Source: Eledone cirrhosa
Taxonomy: Eukaryota
Direction of reading: 5' to 3'
Assembly: GCA_964016885.1 (NCBI GenBank)
Contig: OZ024743.1
Span: forward strand, 129,084,001 to 129,148,000
DNA length: 64,000 nt
Shown here: positions 58,701 through 64,000 of the stretch, piece after piece
Position numbering within the stretch: position 1 is the stretch's first letter
Layout of the letters: every line of letters begins with the position of its first letter
The notes under the pieces: model-generated
Told to the model about the DNA's origin: nothing
The model's database searches: none
What the model saw: only the letters and a program-made list of their open reading frames with translations
Program-made: the position numbers and the translations under genes

Positions 58701-61700
58701 AGCACCAAAGACCAAGCACCAAGCACCAAACACCAAACACCAAACACCAAAGACCAAGCACCAAGCGCCAAGCACCAAACACCAAGCACCAAGCACCAAG
58801 CACCAAACACCAAGCACCAAGCACCAAACACCAACCACCCAGCACCAAGCACCAAGCACCAAACACCAAGCACCAAGCACCAAACACCAAGCACCAAGCA
58901 CCAAGCACCAAACACCAAGCCCCAAGTACCAAGCACCAAACACCAAGCACCAAACACCAAGCACCAAGCACCAAACATCAAGCACCAAGTACCAAACACC
59001 AAGCACCAATCACCAAACACCTAACACCTAACACCAAGCACCAAGCACCAAGCACCAAACACCAAGCACCAAACACCAAACACCAAGCATGAAGCACCAA
59101 ACACCATGCACCAGGCACCAAGCACCAAACACCAAGCACCAAGCACCAAACACCAAGCACCAAGCATGAAGCACCAAACACCAAACACCAAGCACCAAGC
59201 ACCAAGCACCAAACACCAAGCACCAAACACCAAACACCAAGCACTAAGCACCAAACACCAAGCACCAAACACCAAGAATCAAGCACAAAACACCATGCAC
59301 CAAGCACCAAGTACAAACACCAAGCATCAAGCACCAAGCACCAAACACCAAGCACCAAGCACCAAACACAAAACAGCAAACACCAAACACCAAACACCAA
59401 ACAGGAAACACCAAGCACCAATCACCAAACAACAAGCACCAGGCACCAAGCACCAAACACCAAGCACCAAGCACCAAACACCATGCACCAAAGACCAAGC
59501 ACCAAAGACCAAACACCAAACAGCAAACACCAAACACCAAACACCAAACACCAAGCACCAAGCATCAAACACCTAACACCTAACACCAAGCACCAAGCAC
59601 CAAGCACCAAACACCAAGCACCAAACACCAAACACCAAGCATCAAGCACCAAACACCATGCACCAGGCACCAAGCACCAAACACCAAGCACCAAGCATGA
59701 AGCACCAAACATCAAACACCAAGCACCAAACACTTAACACCAAGCACCAAGCACCAAGCACCAAACACCAAGCACCAAACACCAAACACCAAGCACTAAG
59801 CAGCAAACACCAAGCACCAAACACCAAGAATCAAGCACAAAACACCAAGCACCAAGCACCAAGTACAAACACCAAACATCAAGTACCAAGCACCAAACAC
59901 CAAGCACCAAGCACCAAACACCAAGCACCAAGCACCAAGCACCAAACACCAAACAGCAAACACCAAACACCAAACACCAAGCACCAAGCACCAAGCATCA
60001 AACACCAAGCATCAAACACCAAACACCAAGCACCCAGCACCAAACACCAAACAGCAAACACCAAACACCAAACACCAAACAGCAAACACCAAGCACCAAT
60101 CACCAAACAACAAGCACCAGGCACCAAGCACCAAACACCAAGCACCAAGCACCAAACACCAAGCACCAAGCACCAAACACCAAGCACCAAGCACCAAGCA
60201 CCAAACACCAAACAGCAAACAGCAAACACCAAACACCAAACAGCAAACACCAAGCACCAATCACCAAACAACAAGCACCAGTCACCAAGCACCAAACACC
60301 AAACACCAAGCACCAAGCACCAAACACCAAGCACCAAAGACCAAGCACCAAAGACCAAACACCAAACAGCAAACACCAAACACCAAACAGCAAACACCAA
60401 ACATGAAACAGCAAACACCATAGAGCAAACACCAAACACCAAAAAGCAGACACCAAACAGCAAACAGCAAACACCAAAAACACCAAACAGCAAACAGCAA
60501 ACACCAAGCACCAAACACCAAGTACCAATCACCAAACACCAAGCACCAAGCACCAAACACCAAACCCCAAGCACCAAGCACCAAACACTAATCACAATGC
60601 ACCAAGCACCAAGCACCAAACACCAAGCACCAAGCACCAAGCACAAAACACCAAACACCAAAGACCAAGCACCAAGCACCAAGCACCAAACACCAAGCAC
60701 CAAGCACTAAACACCAAACCCCAAGCACCTAGCACCAAACACTAAGCACCAAGCACCAAACACCAAGCACCAAGCACCAAACACCAAGCACCAAGCACCA
60801 AGCACCAAACACCAAACACCAAGCACCAAAGACCAAGCACCAAGCACCAAACACCAAGCACCCAGCACCAAACACCAAGCACCAAACACCAACCACCCAG
60901 CACCAAGCACCAAACACCAAGCACCAAGCACCAAACACCAAACACCAAGCACCAATCATCACCAAACACCAAGCACCAAGCACCTAGCACCAAACACCAA
61001 ACACCAAGCACCAAACACCAAGCACCAATCACCAAGCACCAAACACCAAGCAGCCAGCAGCAAGCACCAAACACCAAGCACCAAACACCAAACACCAAGC
61101 ACCAAACACCAAACACCAAGCACCAAGCAACAAACACCACGCACCAGGCACCAAGCACCAAACACCAAGCACCAAGCACCAAACACCAAGCACCAGGCAT
61201 GAAGCACCAAACACCAAACACCAAGCACCAAGCACCAAGCATCAAGCACCAAGCATCAAACACCAAACACCAAGCACCAAGCACCAAACACCAAACACCA
61301 AGCATCAAACACCAAACACAAAACACCAAGCACCAAGCACCAAGCATCAAGCACCAAGCACGCAGCACCAAACAGCAAACACCAAGCACCAATCACCAAA
61401 CAACAAGCACCAGGCACCAAGCACCAAACACCAAACACCAAGCATCAAGCACCAAACACCATGCACCAGGCAGCAAGCACCAAACACCAAGCACCAAGCA
61501 CCAAACACCAAGCACCAAGCATGAAGCACCAAACACCAAACACCAAGCACCAAGCACCAAACACCAAGCACCAGGCATGAAGCACCAAACACCTAACACC
61601 AAGCACCAAGCACCAAGCACCAAACACCAAGCACCAAACACCAAACACCAAGCACCAAGCACCAAACACCAAGCACCAAGCACCAAACACCAAGCACCAA

Positions 61701-64000
61701 ACACCAAGTACAAACACCAAGCACCAAGCATCAAGCACCAAGCATCAAACACCAAACACCAAGCATCAAGCACCAAACACCAAACACCAAGCATCAAACA
61801 CCAAACACAAAACACCAAGCACCAAGCACCAAGCACCAAGCACCAAGCACGCAGCACCAAACAGCAAACACCAAGCACCAATCACCAAACAACAAGCACC
61901 AGGCACCAAGCACCAAACACCAAGCACGAAGCACCAAGCACCAAACACCAAGCCCCAAGTACCAAGCACCAAACACCAAACACCAAGCACCAAACACCAA
62001 GCACCTAGCACCAAACACCAAGCACCAAGCACCAAACACCAAGCACCAAACACCAAACAGCAAACACCAAACACCAAACAGCAAACACCAAACACGAAAC
62101 AGCAAACACCATAGAGCAAACAACAAACACCAAAAAGCAGACACCAAACAGCAAACAGCAAACACCAAACACCAAACAGCAAACAGCAAACACCAGGCAC
62201 CAAACACCAAGTACCAAGCACCAAACACCAAGCACCAAGCACCAAACACCAAGCACCAAGCACCAAGCATCAAGCAGCAAGCATCAAACACCAAACACCA
62301 AGCACCAAGCACCAAACACCAAACACCAAACGCCAATCATCAACAACCAAACACCAAGCACCAAGCACCAAGCACCAAGCACGCAGCACCAAACACCAAG
62401 CCCCAAGCACCAAACAGCAAACACCAAGCACCAAGCACCAATCACCAAACAACAAGCACCAAGCACCAAACACCAAGCACCAAACACCAAACAGCAAACA
62501 CCAAACACCAAACAGCAAACACCAAACATGAAACAGCAAACACCATAGAGCAAACAACAAACACCAAAAAGCAGACACCAAACAGCAAACAGCAAACACC
62601 AAACACCAAACAGCAAACAGCAAACACCAAGCACCAAACACCAAGTACCAAGCACCAAACACCAAGCACCAAGCACCAAACACCAAGCACCAAGCACCAA
62701 GCATCAAGCAGCAAGCATCAAACACCAAACACCAAGCACCAAGCACCAAACACCAAACACCAAACACCAATCATCAAATACCAAACACCAAGCACCAAGC
62801 ACCAAGCACCAAGCACCAAGCACGCAGCACCAAACACCAAGCCCCAAGCACCAAACACCAAACACCAAGCACCAAGCACCAAACACCAAACACCAAAGAC
62901 TAAACACCAAACAGGAAACACCAAACACCAAACAACAAACACCAAACAGCAAACAATAAACACGAAACAGCAAACACGATACAGCAAACACCAAACACCA
63001 AAAAGCAGACACCAAACAGCAAACAGCAAACACCAAACACCAAACAGCAAAAACCAAACACCAAGCACCAAACACCAAGCACCAAGCACCAAACACCAAG
63101 CACCAAGCACCAAACACCAAACACCAAGCACCAAAGACCAAGCACCAAGCGCCAAGCACCAAACACCAAGCACCAAGCACCAAGCACCAAACACCAAGCA
63201 CCAAGCACCAAACACCAACCACCCAGCACCAAGCACCAAGCACCAAACACCAAGCACCAAACACCAAACACCAAGCACCAAGCACCAAACACCAAGCACC
63301 AAGCACCAAGCACCAAACACCAAGCCCCAAGTACCAAGCACCAAACACCAAGCACCAAACACCAAGCACCAAGCACCAAACATCAAGCACCAAGCACCAA
63401 ACACCAAGCACCAATCACCAAACACCTAACACCTAACACCAAGCACCAAGCACCAAGCACCAAACACCAAGCACCAAACACCAAACACCAGCATCAAGCA
63501 CCAAACACCATGCACCAGGCACCAAGCACCAAACACCAAGCACCAAGCACCAAACACCAAGCACCAAGCATGAAGCACCAAACACCAAACACCAAGCACC
63601 AAGCACCAAGCACCAAACACCAAGCACCAAACACCAAGAATCAAGCACAAAACACCATGCAGCAAGCACCAAGTACAAACACCAAGCATCAAGCACCAAG
63701 CACCAAACACCAAGCACCAAGCACCAAACACCAAGCACCAAGCACCAAACACCAAACACAAAACAGCAAACACCAAACACCAAACACCAAACAGGAAACA
63801 CCAAGCACCAATCACCAAACAACAAGCACCAGGCACCAAGCACCAAACACCAAGCACCAAGCACCAAACACCATGCACCAAAGACCAAGCACCAAAGACC
63901 AAACACCAAACAGCAAACACCAAACACCAAACACCAAACACCAAGCACCAAGCATCAAACACCTAACACCTAACACCAAGCACCAAGCACCAAGCACCAA
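52730..64000 (+). repeat. Distal, more variant-rich sub-array with patchwork duplications of 0.3-1.3 kb
   Basis: Characteristic units are CATGAAG, CACCATG, CACGCAG, AATCAAG, CACGATA, CACTAAT and doubled CACCTAA. Offsets are 4244 (54734/58978, 54862/59106), 3181 (56615/59796, 56831/60012), 539 (57865/58404) and 434 (ORF ends 62280/62714). Confidence 0.85.

Larger units (their letters stand above)
1..64000 (+). repeat. Heptameric satellite array (CACCAAG/CACCAAA)n, about 9,100 units, extending beyond both window edges
   Basis: Every line consists of CACCAAG/CACCAAA units or 1-3 nt variants. There is no unique spacer and no change of orientation. Unit count is 64000/7. Confidence 0.99.

Noticed and set aside
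53183-62008. Plus-strand KHQAPST-repeat ORFs resembling mucin-like or His-rich repeat proteins
   Set aside because: There is no signal peptide or unique terminus. Starts come from sporadic CATG variants, and the same peptide appears in every frame.
24-64000. Hundreds of minus-strand ORFs (up to 682 aa at 49642-51690) encoding WCLVLGA-type repeats
   Set aside because: The consensus has no stop codon in any frame, so long ORFs are expected. They overlap in all three frames with the same peptide, have no unique domain, and end wherever a variant unit creates a stop.
1-64000. CRISPR array
   Set aside because: There are no unique spacers between repeats, the unit is only 7 bp, and no cas genes are present.
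1-64000. Direct product of a repeat-synthesising reverse transcriptase (telomerase or a bacterial defence-associated RT), or a polymerase or base-calling artefact
   Set aside because: Rare variants are shared in the same order among kb-scale paralogs in a nested hierarchy. This indicates replicated, heritable DNA rather than independent template-copying errors. No RT gene or template RNA is in the window.
1-64000. Bacterial short heptamer repeats, which I recall flanking four-helix-bundle (TIGR02436-type) genes
   Set aside because: From memory those are short tracts next to genes. Here there is no gene and the array is at least 64 kb, so the resemblance is unsupported.
1-64000. Fungal RIP signature (CpA to TpA) suggested by TACCAAG and CACTAAR variants
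   Set aside because: The great majority of CpA sites are intact, and non-RIP changes (CATCAAA, AACCAAG, CAGCAAA, CACCTAA) are at least as common by eye.
1-64000. Canonical G-quadruplex, hairpins or terminators
   Set aside because: The minus strand has mostly GG doublets, which could form weak two-tier structures at best. The near-absence of T and G on the plus strand precludes substantial inverted repeats.

Overview
The whole 64 kb window is one uninterrupted, single-orientation tandem array of a degenerate heptamer, CACCAAR (CACCAAG and CACCAAA interspersed; minus strand YTTGGTG). I see no unique sequence, genes, RNA genes, mobile elements or CRISPR array. The listed ORFs (minus strand WCLV[L/F]G[A/V], plus strand KHQ[A/T]P[S/N]T) are translation by-products of the repeat. 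The information lies in the array's internal structure. (1) The G/A order at position 7 and rare variant units form recognisable cassettes that recur throughout. (2) Nested kb-scale duplications occur with offsets of about 391, 2314-2328, 2698, 3020, 3193-3200, 3250/3348, 4364-4566, 5059, 5312, 6186/6207, 2371-2412, 3181 and 4244 bp; I read these from repeated ORF coordinates and spot-checked them in the sequence. (3) The 7-bp register is almost always conserved, with a few heritable 6-, 8- and 10-nt units. (4) The variant vocabulary changes across about 47.7-53.2 kb into a more diverged distal layer. This architecture best fits a eukaryotic-type satellite (centromeric, heterochromatic or subtelomeric). 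I cannot determine the organism or function from the sequence. Junction coordinates are by-eye estimates.
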